From Hemiscyllium ocellatum (taxonomy: Eukaryota), in NCBI RefSeq assembly GCF_020745735.1, contig NC_083435.1, positions 36,605,090 to 36,669,089 of the forward strand: a DNA stretch of 64,000 nucleotides. The letters run 5' to 3'. Positions within the stretch are counted from its first letter, which is position 1; the number at the start of each line of letters is the position of its first letter. The notes below the pieces were generated by a model. It was not told the origin of the DNA. It saw only the letters and a list, made by a program, of their open reading frames with translations, and searched no databases. The position numbers were made by a program, and so were the translations under genes. Positions 38,401-52,489 of this stretch are shown here, piece by piece.

Positions 38401-41400
38401 CATTACCACTTCCTTCCAAAAGGACAAGAGCAACAGATACATTCCAAGCAACAGATACTTAGGATCACCCCCACCTACAGTTTCCCCTCTAAGCCATTCA
38501 CCATTCTGTGTTGGAACTATATCACCGTTACTTTATTGTTGTTGAATCAAAATCCTGTAATTCCCTCTTCAATGGCGTAATGGCTCGAACTAGAGCAGAT
38601 GGACTGCTGATGTTCAAGAAGGCAGCTCACAGCTATCCTTTCAAGGGTAGCTAAGGATGGGCAGTAAATTCTAGCCCAGCCAATCTCACTCTCATCCATG
38701 AGTGAATTGAAATAAAATATTGTCTTTCACTGCATTATGCATAATTAGCTTACCCAGTGCATATGCAGATTGAAGTCACCCAGCTGTATTGCCCATGTTA
38801 GAACATAATTTCATCTCCTGATTAATACCACACCCCACACCATTACTACTGTTGGTGGCAAATAAACAAATCCAGCTGATATTGCTGCCCCTTCCTGTTT
38901 CTTAGCTCCACCCAGACAGCTTACACACATTTACTCTGCTGATCTGAAATCCTCCCTCATTACTGTATTGATCCCATCTATTATTAGCAGCACAACACTA
39001 CTTCCTTTTCCTTATATCCGTCTTTAAATACTGCATTCCCAGTCCTGGTTACCATGCAGCCATTGTTTCAGCAGCAACATTAGATCATACCCATGATCTT
39101 TATTTGTGCCTTTAGATTGATTATATTGCTGTGAAAGCAGTGTGCTTTTAGGTCAAATGCCTTTAACTTTGGATTTTTGACATCATTCTATTTTCAAACC
39201 TTAATCAGTGCTCTACTTTGTTCTCCTCCCTGCTATTCTCCCAAGAATCTTTTTGATATCACTTTACCAACTTCACTGCTTTCAAATTTGGGTTACCCCT
39301 CAAGTTTCCTTTCCCTGATAGGGGTGGGTTTAAACCACCTTATCAGCAGGAACAAATCTCTGAGAGAACATTGGGTCAGGTCCCATGAGGCTTTCACCCG
39401 TCCAGCTTGACCAGGTTCCACGTGCCACAGAACCAGACTGAATTCCTCAGCAATCTGAAACAAAGACCGAAATATCAACCCTGGCTGATATTTTTGCATC
39501 ATTGTTAGCCCTGGGTGAGGTGCTGGAAGATTGGAGGGTAGGTATTCACTAGTGTTGACATAACCTCCAAAGCTGAAAACTTAGACTTTTGTTCACCATC
39601 AATATTCCATTCCATTTCTGTTGAAAGGTCATCAACACCATTAGTGAATGTTGTTTTTCTTGCTCCACAGATCCTGTTGACTTCAGCTGAACATATCCAA
39701 TATTTTCTATGTTTGTTTCAGATTTCTCGTGTCGGGGTGGAATGACCAAATGATTCACTCTGCACCCAGGAGTTCACTGCCAGCACCAAAGAGTTTATTC
39801 CATTGAGGCAAAAGAAACAGCTGAAAATCCAAAGAAGTCTTCACTAACAAAGGGCAATATATATTTTTATACACTTGTTTCATCCGGCCTTTAATGCTTA
39901 CAACCTAATCATTAATTATTTACATATATTTTCAATTAAGGTAATTGTCTGTGTAAACAGCTACAGATGGACATGCTTGTGGTCAGCCCCCAGTCCTCCA
40001 TGGTCTCATGATGTTTCCCAGACTCTCCTCACTCCCTTCTTGGGACTTTTCACAATGGGCACTGTATTCAAGTACATTCCCGCCCAGGTATTTGTCAGCT
40101 GCACCATGTTAACTGTAAATTAATTGGATATTCACCTATCACTTAAGGACTTTTTAAGTTCCTCATTAACCTCATTACATGAAATGCAAAAACAAATGTT
40201 TACTAGTTATTCCAATGTCAGTTCCAATGAAGTTATATGGTTTCCACCTAATGTTAGAATTCTTTAGCTACTGAGTTGTGAGCAGTGTCTTTCTCACCGT
40301 GATTATGAGACACCCTGATCTTTACCCTTGGGTGTCTTACAATATGTTCATTTAACCTGCATTCTAGTTTCTGTACCTGTTCTCCCTGTAATGATATAGA
40401 GGCTGCTTTTACTCTCTGACACTGGTTTTCCCTCATGATTTTATTTGGATCTTTCCCCTTCATGCTTTTAGTGTTAATTTGGTATATAGAAGAATATATA
40501 ACCACTTCAGAATCCACACCGATGATTATTTGAAGGATCTTAACAAAAACCTACTATTAGTATTGTAACAGATTGATTAAATAATTCAAGACAGACTCAC
40601 TAATTAGATAAGAAATTTTAACACTATATTTATGTCTTATGGTTAAACAACTGCAGCTGCATATTCTATCTTAGTTGTGTTACCTTGGGTCCACAGAGCT
40701 ACTAGGTTGTGCAGGTTACATTCAGCAAATATTTTTCCAAGGTCTCTAAGACAACTGTCAGCCATGTTCTGCTGTTTCACTCAGCTGCAGTCATTGGCCG
40801 TTTTGTGCTGCTCAGTCATGGCTACCCGAACAATCCCCCTTTTGATAAGAGCCACCATCCAAAGGCTCTTAAACCCAATTTTGTGAACAATTTATCACTT
40901 GCCTCATTTGTGCTCACCACTCATATGATTTGAAGAATCCAGGTCACTTAAATCAAATCAAATTGCCTGGATGTAGATGTCTTCCATGGTTTTTGTTGTT
41001 CCTTTACTACAGTGGAAGCATTTGTTTCAGCTAGACATACCAAGTGAATGATCTTGGCACTGGATACCATCGAAGTTTTATGCCCAGACAATATTCCAGC
41101 AACAGTAGTGAAGACTAAGGCTCCAGAATGAGCCATGCACCTAGCCAAGCTGATCTAGTGCAGCTACAACATTAGTGTCTACCAAGAATGTGGAAAATCA
41201 TCCAGTTGGGTCCTGTACACAAAACTCCAAGCCAATCTCTTACTACCCTGTTAGTCTACTCCCAATCATCAGCAAAACTATAAAACATGTCATTGACAAT
41301 GCCATCAAGTGGCACTGACTCCACAAGAACCTTCTCACTCAGTTTGGGTTGCACTTGGCCCATTCACCTCCTAATGTCATTCCAGCCTTGGGACAAAATG

Positions 41401-42119
41401 GACAAAAGAAAATTCAAGAGGGAAAGTAAGGATGGCTGACAATCATTTCAGTGTTTTATTTGACCAAGTGTAACCTTAATGAGCCCAGTTAAACTAGCCA
41501 ATAGGGATTGGGGAAACCTCCCCACTGGTTGGAGACATATCCAGCACAATAAATAACGATTGTAATTGTTAAGAATCACTCACCATATCCAGAAGACATC
41601 ACTGTATGAGTTCTTCAGTGTGGTGTACTTGGCCCAACCATCTCCAGCTGTTTTGTCAATGATCTTCCCCCCACCCCATCATATGGACAGAGGTGGAGAT
41701 GCACAATATTCAGCACAATTCATGACTTTTCAGATACTGAGCATCAAAATGCAGCAAGGCCTGGACACGATCCCAACATCTACTATTAAGGAGCAAGTAT
41801 CATCCAGCTGACACACGTGTTAGACAATGACCATGCAGCTAGTCACCCCAGCTCCAAACCTGCTGACTGCTGTCCCACCTCACTCTGGGCTGGTAGCCAG
41901 TGGGCCCAGGGCAGGGGCAACCAGTGGGCCCACAGCGGGGATGGCAGCAGCCCAGAGTGAAGTGGGGACAGTAGCCAGTGGGCCCAGGGCAGGGGCAGCC
42001 AGCATCTCTGGAGTGGGGAGGCCAGTTGTCCGGAGCAACGATGGGTATTGGTTGGTAACCAGTGGAAAGCCCTTGTGGAAAGTCTAATGTCTATCTTATT
42101 AGCTTTGTTTTATATTTTC

Positions 42120-43030
42120 CTAATTAATATTATGTATATCTCTAATGCTATTAGCCTTCTTCACTACCTGCTGGACCTGCATGCTTACCTTCATTGAGTG
42201 GTGTACAAGAACACACAGATCTCTCTGTACTGGCCCTTTACCTAAATTAATTCCATTGAGGTAGTAATCTGCCTTCCTGTTCTTGCCACCAAAGTGGATA
42301 ACCGTACATTTATCCACATTAAACTGCATCTGCCATGCATCTGCCCACTCACCTAACTTGTCCAAGTCACCCTGTAATCTCCTAACATCCTCATCACATT
42401 TCACCCTGCCACCCAGCTTTGTATCATCAGCAAATTTCCTAATGTTATTGCTGATACCATCTTCTATATCATTAACATATATTGTAAAAAGCTGCAGTCC
42501 CAGCACAGATCTCTGCGGTACCCCACTGGTCACTGCCTGCCATTCCGAAACGGAGCCGTTTATCACTACCCTTTGTTTCCTATCAGCCAACCAATTTTCA
42601 ATCCAATCTAGTACTTTGCCCCAATACCATGCGTCCTAAGTTTACTCACTAACCTCCTATGTGGGACTTTATCAAAAGCTTTCTGAAAGTCCAGGTACAC
42701 TACATCTACTGGATCTCCCTCGTCCGTCTTCAGAGTTACATCCTCAAAATTCAAGAAGATTAGTCAGGCACGATTTCCCCTTCATAAATCCATGCTGACT
42801 CTGTCCTATCCTGTTACTACTATCCAGATGTGCCGTAATCTCATCCTTTATAATAGACTCCAGCATCTTTCCCACCACTGAGGTCAGACTAACTGGTCTA
42901 TAATTTCCTGCTTTCTCTCTCCCACCTTTCTTAAAAAGTGGTATAACAATCCTCAGGAACCGATGCCGAATCTATCGAACTCTGGAAAATAATCACCAAC
43001 GCATCCACGATTTCCCGAGCCACCTCCTTC
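42120..43030 (-). mobile_element. CR1-type LINE RT fragment
   Basis: ORF 42120-42590 reads QRVVING..VTSGVPQRSVLG..IRKFADDTKLGG. Confidence 0.85.
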
Positions 43031-43099
43031 AGTACCCTGGGATGTAGTCATGAATGTATCTAAAGAAAATCAGGATCTACCTTCAGAAACAAATAGTAA

Positions 43100-43700
43100 C
43101 TATCACACATTCCTAAAGTATCAGTTTCGGGAGGTTAAACACTACATTAATATTTCTACTCAATTATTCCTATCATTACATGTTATGACTTTACTCTTTC
43201 AAAAATGTTTTCTTCAAATAATCAAATAGTAGATGACAAGTGTGCTCAATTATTGGACAATATGTAGTTCCTGGCGATGTTGTCCTTTAGTAGAATTTTA
43301 TAATCTACGATAAATAAATTGTTTAACATTCTATTTTGAAGTGATTATTACACTGGTTTAGAATGTTAATTTCATGGTGAACAAAAGCTTGAATCCTGTT
43401 TGAAAGTGTTTGAACATAATTGGATTTCCCATAAAGTCTGAACAAGTGGTCCTCCCTTCCATTAGTTACCTCAACTTTATCAAGCAATCGGGTTTGAAAC
43501 TGTACAAAATTTAATCAGCAATTCATCACTTTACAAAAAAAGGTTTAATCTATCTTCATGTAACCTTTAACAACAACTAAATTCTTGGTTAAATCTCCGC
43601 AAAGAGTAACTGGAGGATGGGTATCTCACTTTACCAAGTAATGTTTCACAATACTCTTTGAGTATTATGTGTTTAGTATGTTTTTAAACTCATGCTTTGT
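43100..43700 (+). mobile_element. Ancient AT-rich L1 ORF2 remnant
   Basis: A decayed LNKWSSLPL motif at ~43438, typical of fish L1 ORF2 after the RT. Confidence 0.4.
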
Positions 43701-46700
43701 GCCAAATATCACTTCATTAGTGAGCATCTTATTTTCCCACTCCACCTTGGTGACTGGGCCATGAAAGCTCCCAGTTAAACAATGCCTTGATTTTAAAAAT
43801 TTTCATACATGTTTTAATACCCCTCCATAGTCTCACTTCTCCCTGTCTCCGTAACATCCTCAAGCCCGCAACCCTTCAGGGTCTCTGTGCTCCTCCAAAT
43901 CTGGCTTCTTCAAGTTGTCTCTGTCTTAATTCCTCCATCAACAATGTGTGTCTCTCCAACTCGCTGGACCCTGAAGTATGGAATGCCCTTCCTGAACATC
44001 TCTACCTCTTTCGATCTTGTTTTACGATGCTCTAAAACCACCTCTGTGACCAAGCGTGCAGTCACCTGACCCTTATTTTAAAAAGCTTCATTCACAGGCT
44101 GAGGGCATCAACAGCTGGGCCAGCATTTCCTGGCCATTCCGCATTGGAATAATTCAGAAACATTCATCAACAATGGTTTCATCAACATCACCGAGTAGCT
44201 GCTGAAGTGATTTGGTCTTAAATTGGGTTTGCTAATTATTCTTCTGAAGTGTCTACTTCATCAAAGATGCTATATAAATGCAAGATATTGTTGTTGCTTA
44301 GATATATTTTAGAGGGTGTGATGTGCTTACCATTACTGAGACAAACAACAGCTGGATTGTAACTCAGACCCGCTGCCCCTAAGCTAATATGAAAGGTGAT
44401 GTTTCAATGTTAGGTATGCAATTTGCATCACCCTATTAGTCTCCAATAATATGGAGGACGTGTACTGTGTATATTGTGAAATATAACCGACAATTATAAA
44501 TGTAATGAGGCAGCTCTGAGAGCCGCAGACTGCACTGAAAGGATGTGACCGACTTGTACTTTGTGTCGTGTAAATTGGATCCAATGTGGAATTTTATTAA
44601 CAATTTTTAGACAGTAAATATGCAAATGGGAAAACAATCTTTTCCTATTTATATCATTTAACTGACCGTAAATGCTGATAATCGTGGTTAGTCATCAATA
44701 AATAATTGTTTGTTGTTGATTGAATTCATTGCTAATAATTTCACGAGATTTTCACTCAGCAGCTTGTGGGTCCTCATATCAGCAGTTGTTAAGGGTCAGT
44801 TCAATGCAACCTGGGAGAGTTAAGGCCACTCATGGGTCACAGGTCAGTATCAGTCACTGCTAAACCTGGGCTGGCTGGGAATCCCATGGACCCTGATGTT
44901 CTTCCTGGTACTGAGTCTAATTCAGGACACAGTCACAGGGGAGACACTCAGACCCTGGGGAAGGGAGGGGTGTGCAGAGAGAGAAATGAAGAGTATGGTG
45001 TGGGGGCTTCATGGAGTGGATTAATGACAGAGAGTGGTGTGGGACGTTTAGTTCCAGAGGCTCCAGTATGGGAGTTGATGGTGAGAGTCTGGTACAGGGA
45101 ATCCAGCATGGAGATTCAGCTGGTTCCCTGCAGTCATGGGAGAACCCATCTCCCCAGTGAACCTCATGGAACATTCCATGTGCTGGAGGCAGACCCACAA
45201 TGTCATTAGGGAGGGAGGGAATTCCAAGGTTTGGAGCCAGTGACAGTGAAGGAATGGATGGTCAGGATGGTGAGTGGCTTTGAGGGAACTTGCAGATGAT
45301 GGTGTTCCTCGGTGAAGCTACAGAACAGGCCGAGGTGTGCAGTAAACAACAGGAGCAGCAGAGGCAGAGCTCAGTGATTCCACAACCAACAGATCAGATC
45401 TGCTGTCCTACCACATCCAGTCATGGTCATTCAACAACTTAATGTAGGAAGAGGAGGAGGTTCCACTTGGGTTGCTGGATTCCTGCTCCAGGGACAATCC
45501 CGATGTACTGTCACCTCCCCCAGTTGGAAGGACTGAGCCATATGTTTCCTGTGAGAGGGGGAATCTCAGGATCCTAGTGCTGTCCTGATGTTCCTGAGCT
45601 GGTGGGGGAGGCCTCTTCTCAGCCCTAGCCTTCCTGGCTCAGAGCCTGAACCTCAGCCTGGCTGTGCTGGAGCTTCCCCGTCACTGGGACCGGGTCATCA
45701 CTTTGCACTTGTTCCATTTTTCTGCTTCTGCAGCTTCACATCAAACAATGGATCAAATTTCTCAACAAATAGGGGGCAGTCTCCAAAGATTGTTGTATTA
45801 CTGGTTTTTCCAGTTTGTAAACAGAAGCTGCTTCCCCTCAGTGTGTTTAATTCCCAGTCCCTGATTGGAATAGGGACAGTGTATTGCCAGAATGTTGCTG
45901 ATCCATTCCTTTACCTCCCAGTGTTTTCCCTGAGTCCCTCCCGTTGAGTACAGAATTCAGCTTTCCATTCTGTCTCTCAGTTCTGCAGCTCAGGGTGAGG
46001 ACAGGAACTTTTCTGGGATTTTATGTGAGGGGGTTCGCAGTGTTTCGTGAGGGAACTGGTCTCTCACCAGTCTGGGCCTCTCACCAGTGTAACAAGCCCT
46101 GAGAGACTGGGAGCTCAGGTTGATCACTGTCCCTGGAAGGCAGGGAGATGAGCAGATCCTTCACCATCTCTGGGCTGCTATTGAAAGCAACCAGGAAGAT
46201 GGTCAAAGGGAATAGGCTCCCAGTAATGGGCACCCAGTGGGAGCAGGGTGCCAGATGAAAGGGGGATGAGTGATTGTGTTGATAAGCAGCATTCCCACTC
46301 AGGGGCAGGGTGCTGACAGGCAGCATTTATATAGCAACCAAGGACTACACTGTGCTCATTGCTGTCTGGCCTGTGTTATACACTGTTCACTGACACTGAT
46401 CCTGAGAGTGAATGAAGCTCGAGTCTATAAAAAGAGAGGTTAAACAATCACAACTACAGCCAGTACGTCTGGTCAAACAACATGGCCAGCATCACAATTA
46501 GCATTGCTGGCTGCATGACTGGTATTGTTGGTACCATGTATTACTGTCACCACAGACATTGTGACTGATCATGACCAGTTACGTAGATACCATGGGCCGT
46601 ATTTCCAGTGTTACATCCGTTATTACTAATATACCGGCACCCATGACCACGTCCATCTCAAAGGGCAAGGGTCATAGATCGATGGTAACACTACCATCTG

Positions 46701-48524
46701 CAAGTTCCCCTCCAGGCTACTCATCATCCTGACGTGGAAATGTATCCAGGATGAAGAGGAACCAGCGTGGGGCGGGGATGGACAAAGTTAAAAATCACAC
46801 AACACCAAGGTATAGTCCAAGTTATAGTTTATATGGAAACACTAGTTTTCAGAGCGCTGCTCCTTTATCAGGAAATATATCGCCGTAACTTCCCTGTCAC
46901 TGGGTCAAAATCCTGGAATTCCCTCCCAAGAGTATTGTGGGTCTACCTATAGCACATAGAACATAGAACAGTACAGTACGGGCCCTTCGACCCATGATGT
47001 TGTGCTGAACATTTATCTTAATGTAAGATCAACCTTAAAAAATCACACAACATCAGGTTAGAGTCCAACAGGTTTATTTGGAAGCACTAGCTTTCGGAGC
47101 ACTGCTCCTTCTAATGGTGGTTGTGGAGCAGGACCAGAAGACACAGAATTTATAGCAAAAGGGTTACAGAGTAATGACATATTAAACAAACTTAGATTGT
47201 GTCTTGCATCCTTTAGGATGGGACATGATGGTTTCAGCTCTTTAATATGCAAATTCGAAAACTCCTTTGAAATTACATTCTCAAGGTAGCTTCAGTTTAT
47301 CTAACAATAGATATTATCCCAGCTCAGAGAATGGATTAAAGATGTGAACGTAAAGTCTGTCCCAGTGTTGAGTCAGTTTTATTTCTAAAGTGGGACTTTT
47401 AGAATCTGACATGCATTTATGCAGTTTTTGAGCAAAAAAAAATGTAATTCAGCAACAGCAGCTCCACCCCATAAACGTGTGTGTGTGTCTGTGTGAAAGA
47501 ATGTGTGTAAATGTGTGTGTAGGTTTGGTCAAGTGTGTGTCTGAGTGTGAGAGGGTGTGTGCATGTGGTTGTGAATATATGTGAAAGAATGTGTGTTTAG
47601 GTTGGTCAAGTGTGTGTCTGAGTGTGAGAGGGTGTGTGAACGGGTGTTTGTTTGGAGGAAAATTTATTTTTTCGCTCCTCTCTCCCCCCTCCCCCCTCCC
47701 CCAGCAGCCTGGACCAGGCATTAAGTGAAAGTGCGATATCTTCTGGGGAGTGGGTACATTTCCTTTTGTTCCAAAACTGCAGACTTACAGACATTATCAA
47801 CCATCCAATTCTGAACACACATTGAATAAACCTCACTTTGTGCTTCCTGGTTAGTTTGGGGAAGGCTTGTTGGGGAGTTGGATGGCCTTAACTTCCCCCA
47901 GTTCACACTGAATTGAAGCTCAACATCTGCTGATTCCAAGAGCCACAAGCTGCTGAGGGAATGAATTAAACCTTTCCTGTGAAATTCATTCATGAAAAAA
48001 GTGCACAAATCAATCACTGACAATTATTCATTAATGACACACTACAGTGATCAGTATTTCCTGACACTGACTCTCCCACCCCCCACCCCTCCTTCGCGCC
48101 CCCCCCCCCCAAGGCAGTGTGTCCAAAGGCAGCACCTGTCAGAAGGAAACATTGACAATGAAGGTTCCTCTCCATCTGTCCCAGCCCAGAAGCTTGTGTG
48201 CTCAGCCCTGGGTGAAACATTCAGCTGATGAGCCTGCCCTTTCCTCCCTCCAATAGCTGCTGGGTCACCAGTCAGTGAAGTATTCCTGATTCCCAGCAGC
48301 TGCCTGGCCCTCTCTTCACACTCATTCAGATCCTTCCAAAAGGACACACTGAAGCACGGACGGTGTTTCCATGTTCACACTGGAACACGAGAATCCCACT
48401 ATTCCTCAGTGAGATTCCTGGAATGTCCTGGAGTGGATGCCAGGAAGCTCACGAGGGCAGGAATGGACAGAAACAAGGTAATCGTTTCTGGGAGGGAAGG
48501 GGAGAGGAATTAGACTGGCAGGTA

Positions 48525-48942
48525 TTAACAGTGTCCGGGAGGGTGAGGCTGGGCTAGGAGGAGACTGAAATCAGTCTGACAGCATTAACAGTGTCTGGGA
48601 AGGTGGGACAAAGTCAGGAGGGGAGTGAAATTGGACTGTCAATGGGACTGCTACAGCTGTAACAGTATCTGTGAGGGTGAGACAGGGCAAGGAGAGGGAT
48701 GAAATTAGTCAGACAGGTTTTAAAGGTGTGGGAGGATGTGACGGGGTCAGGAGGGGAGGGGAATTTGACAGGATTTAACAGTGTCTGGGAGGGTGGGACA
48801 GGGTCAGGAGGGGAGGGGAATTAGTCTGACAGGGTTTAACAGTGTCTGGGAGGCTGGGACAGGGTCAGGAGGGGAAAGGAATTAGTTTGACAGGGTTAAA
48901 CAGTGAGTGGGAGGGTGGGACGGGGTCAGGAGGGGAGTGAAA
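48525..48942 (+). repeat. ~60-bp purine-rich minisatellite, ~7 diverged copies
   Basis: Unit aacagtgtctgggagggtgggacagggtcaggaggggaggggaattagtctgacagggttt recurs near 48527, 48587, 48661, 48722, 48777, 48838 and 48899. Confidence 0.85.
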
Positions 48943-51343
48943 AAGTTCCAAATAAGTCTACAGAGAGAAATTGACATTTCATATACTAAATTATGAAGAA
49001 GTTGGAACAGAGATATCCAAAGCTGTTTTTTTTATTTTCTCAATATTCAAAATGGAAAGTATTATAAAATTACACACTCTAAAACATTCACTCTCACTCA
49101 TTGGACCCAGGATTCAATCACCCTCAGCATTAACGAACCACATTCACACAGCACAGTGCAGAGGGAGCCAAGGGTGAAGGAGTCATAGAGTCGTAGAGTC
49201 ATAGAGATGAACAGCATGGAAACAGACCCTTCGGTCCAACCCATCCATGCCGATCACATATCCCAACCCAATCGATCCCACCTGCCAGCACCCAGCCCAT
49301 ATCACTCCAAACCCTTCATATTCATATACCCACCCAAATGCCTCTTAAATGTTGTAATTGTACCAGCCTAGACCACATCCTCTGGCAGCTCATTCCATAG
49401 ATGTACCATCCTCTGTGTGAAAAAGTTGCCGCATAGGCCTCTTTTATATCTTTCCCCTCTCACCTTAAACCTATGCTCTCTAGTTCTGGACTCACCTACC
49501 CCAGGGAAAAGACTTTGCCTATTTACCCTATCCATGCTCCTCATAATTTTGTAAACCTCTGTAAACCTCTTTACTCAGAGAGTAGTAAGGATATGGAATG
49601 CTTTGCCTGCAACGGTAGTAGATTCGCCAACTTTAAGTACATTTAAGTCGTCATTGGACAAGCATATGGATGTACATGGAATAGTGTAGGTTAGAAGGAC
49701 TTCAGATTGGTATGACAGGTCGGTGCAACGTCAAGGGCCGAAGGGCCTGTTCTGCGCTGTAATGTTCTATGTTCTATAACGTCACCCCTCAGCCTCCGAC
49801 GCTCCAGCAAACACAACCCCAGCCTGTTCAGCCTCTCCCTATAGCTAAAATCCTCGAACCTTGGCAACATCCTTGTAAATCTTTTCTGAACCCTTTCAAG
49901 TTTCACAACATCTTTCCGATAGGGAGGAGACCAGAATTGCATGTAATATTCCAACAGTAGCCTAACCAATGTCCTGTACAGCCACAACATGACTTCCCAA
50001 CTCCTGTAGTCAGTACTCTGACCAACAAAGAAAGCATACCAAATGCCTTCTTCACGATCCTATCTTTCTGCGACTCCACTTTCAAGGAGCTATGAACCTG
50101 CAGTCCAAGGTCTCTTTGTTCAGCAACACTCCCTAGGAACTTACCATTAAGTGTATAAGTCCTGCTAAGATTTGCTTTCCCAAAGTACAGCACCTTGCAA
50201 ATAGCTGAATTAAACTCCATCTGCCACTTCTCAGCCCATTGGCGCATCTGTTCAAGATCCTGTTGTAATCTGAGGTAACCCTCTTCGCTGTCCATTTCAC
50301 CTCCAATTTTGGTGTCATCTGCAAACTTGCTTACTGTAACTCTTATGCTCACATCCAAATCATTTATGTAAATGACAAAGTAGAGGACCCAACACCGATC
50401 CTTGTGGCACTCCACTGGTCACAGGCCTCCAGTCTGAAAAACAACCCTCCACCACTACCTTCTGTCTTCTACCTTTGAGCCAGTTCTGTATCCAAATGGC
50501 TAGTTCTCCCTGTATTCCGTGAGATCTAACCTTGCTAATCAGTCTCCCATGGGGAACCTTGTCGAACGCCTTACTGAAGTCCACATAGATCACATCTACT
50601 GCTCTGCCCTTTGTTACTTTCTCAAAAAACTCAATCAAGTTTGTGAGACATGATTTCCCACGCACAAAGCCATGTTGACCATCCCTAATCAGTCCTTGCC
50701 TTTCCAAATACATGTACATCCTGTCCCTCAGGATTCCCTCCAACATCTTGCCCACTACTGAGGCAAGTCTCACCGGATTATAGTTCCCTGGCTTGTCTTT
50801 ACCGCCCTTCTTAAACAGTGGCACCACGCTTGCCAACCTCCAGTCTTCTGGCACCTCACCTGTGACTATCGATGATACAAATATCTCAGCAAGAGGCCCA
50901 GCAATCACTTCTCCAGCTTCCCACAGAGTTCTCAGGTACACCTGATCAGGTCCTGGGGATTTATCCACCTTTAACCGTTTCAAGACATGCGACACTTCCT
51001 CCTCTGTAATCTGGACATTTTGCAAGATGTCACCATCTATTTCCCTACAGTCGATATCTTCCATATCCTTTTCCACAGCAAATACTGATGCAAAATATTC
51101 ATTTAATAGCTCCCCCATTTTCTGTAGCTCCAACAAAGGCTGCCTTACTGATCTTTGAGGGGCCCTATTCTCTCCCTAGTTACCCTTTTGTCCTTAATAT
51201 ATTTGTAAAAACCCTTTAGATTTTCCTTAATTCTATTTGCCAAAGCGACTTCATGTCCCCTTTTTGCCCTCCTGATTTCCCTCTTAAGTATACTCCTACT
51301 TCCTTTATACTCTTTTAAGGATTCACTCGATCTATCCTATCTA

Positions 51344-52248
51344 TGTAGGTTTGCTCGCTGAGCTGTAGGTTTGATATCCTGACGTTTCATTTCCTGGGTC
51401 AGTAACATCATCAGTGGCGACCTCCAAGTGAAGGATGCTGTTGTCTCCTGCTTTCTATTTATAGATTTGTCCTGGATGGGGTTCCTGGGTTTGTGGTGAT
51501 GTCATTTCCTGTTCCTTTTCTGAGGGGGTTGATAGATGGCATCTAGATCTATGTGTTTGTTCATGGTGTTGTGGTTGGAGTGCCAGGCCTCTAGGAATTC
51601 TCTGGCATGTCTTTGCTTAGCCTGTCCCAGGATTGATGTGTTGTCCCAGTCGAAATGGTGTTTTTATTTCCATGTGTAGGGCTACGAGGGAGAGAGGGAC
51701 GTGTCTTTTTGTGGCTAGCTGGTGTTCGTGCTTCCTGGTGTCTAACTTTCTTCCTGTTTGTCCTAAGTAGTGTTTGTGGCAGTCCTTACGTGGAATTTTG
51801 CAGATGACGTTGGTTTTGTCCATGGGTTGTACTGGGTCTTTTAAGTTTGTTCGTTTTTGTTTGAGAGTAGTGGTGGGTTTGTGTGCTACTAGGATTCCGA
51901 GGGGTCTTAGTAGTCTGGCTGTCATTTCTGAGAATCTTTGCTGTATGGTAAGGTGGTTAGGGTTTCTGGCTGTGTTTGGTCTGCTTGTTGTGGTTTGTTC
52001 CTGAGGAATCTATGGACCAACCCCTCAGAAAACGAACAGGAAATGACATCACCACAAACCCCAGGAACCCCATCCAGTACGAACATATAAATAGAAAGCA
52101 GGAGACAACAGCTTCACTTCACTTGGAGGTCACCACTGATGATGTTACCGAGCCAGGTACTGAAACGTCTGGAAATCAAACCTACAGCTCAGCGAGCAAG
52201 CCTACACCCTAAACCTCAACCTGAGCTACAAACCTTCACAAACCTTGC
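51344..52248. mobile_element. PLE family B with inverted terminal repeat (minus-strand GIY-YIG fragment plus plus-strand copy of its tail)
   Basis: 51344-51535 is the reverse complement of ~52013-52210. ORF 51617-51925 reads KDPVQPMDKTNVICKIP. Confidence 0.85.
52133..52172 (+). ncRNA. Minimal hammerhead motif, PLE family B
   Basis: CCA CTGATGA T GTTACC GAGCCA GGTACT GAAAC GTC TGG; stem II is imperfect. Confidence 0.55.
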
Positions 52249-52489
52249 TATCCTGTCTACACCTGTCTGTGCTTCCTTCTTTTTCTTAACCAAACCCTCA
52301 GTTTATTTAGTCATCCAGCATTCCCAATACCTACCAGCCTTCCCTTTCACCCTGACAGGAATATACTTTCTCTGGATTCTTGTTGTCTCATTTCTGAAGG
52401 CTTCCCATTTTCCAGCCGTCCCTTTACCTGTGAACATCTGCCCCCAATCAGTTTTCGAACGTTCTTGCCTAATACCGTCAAAATAGACT

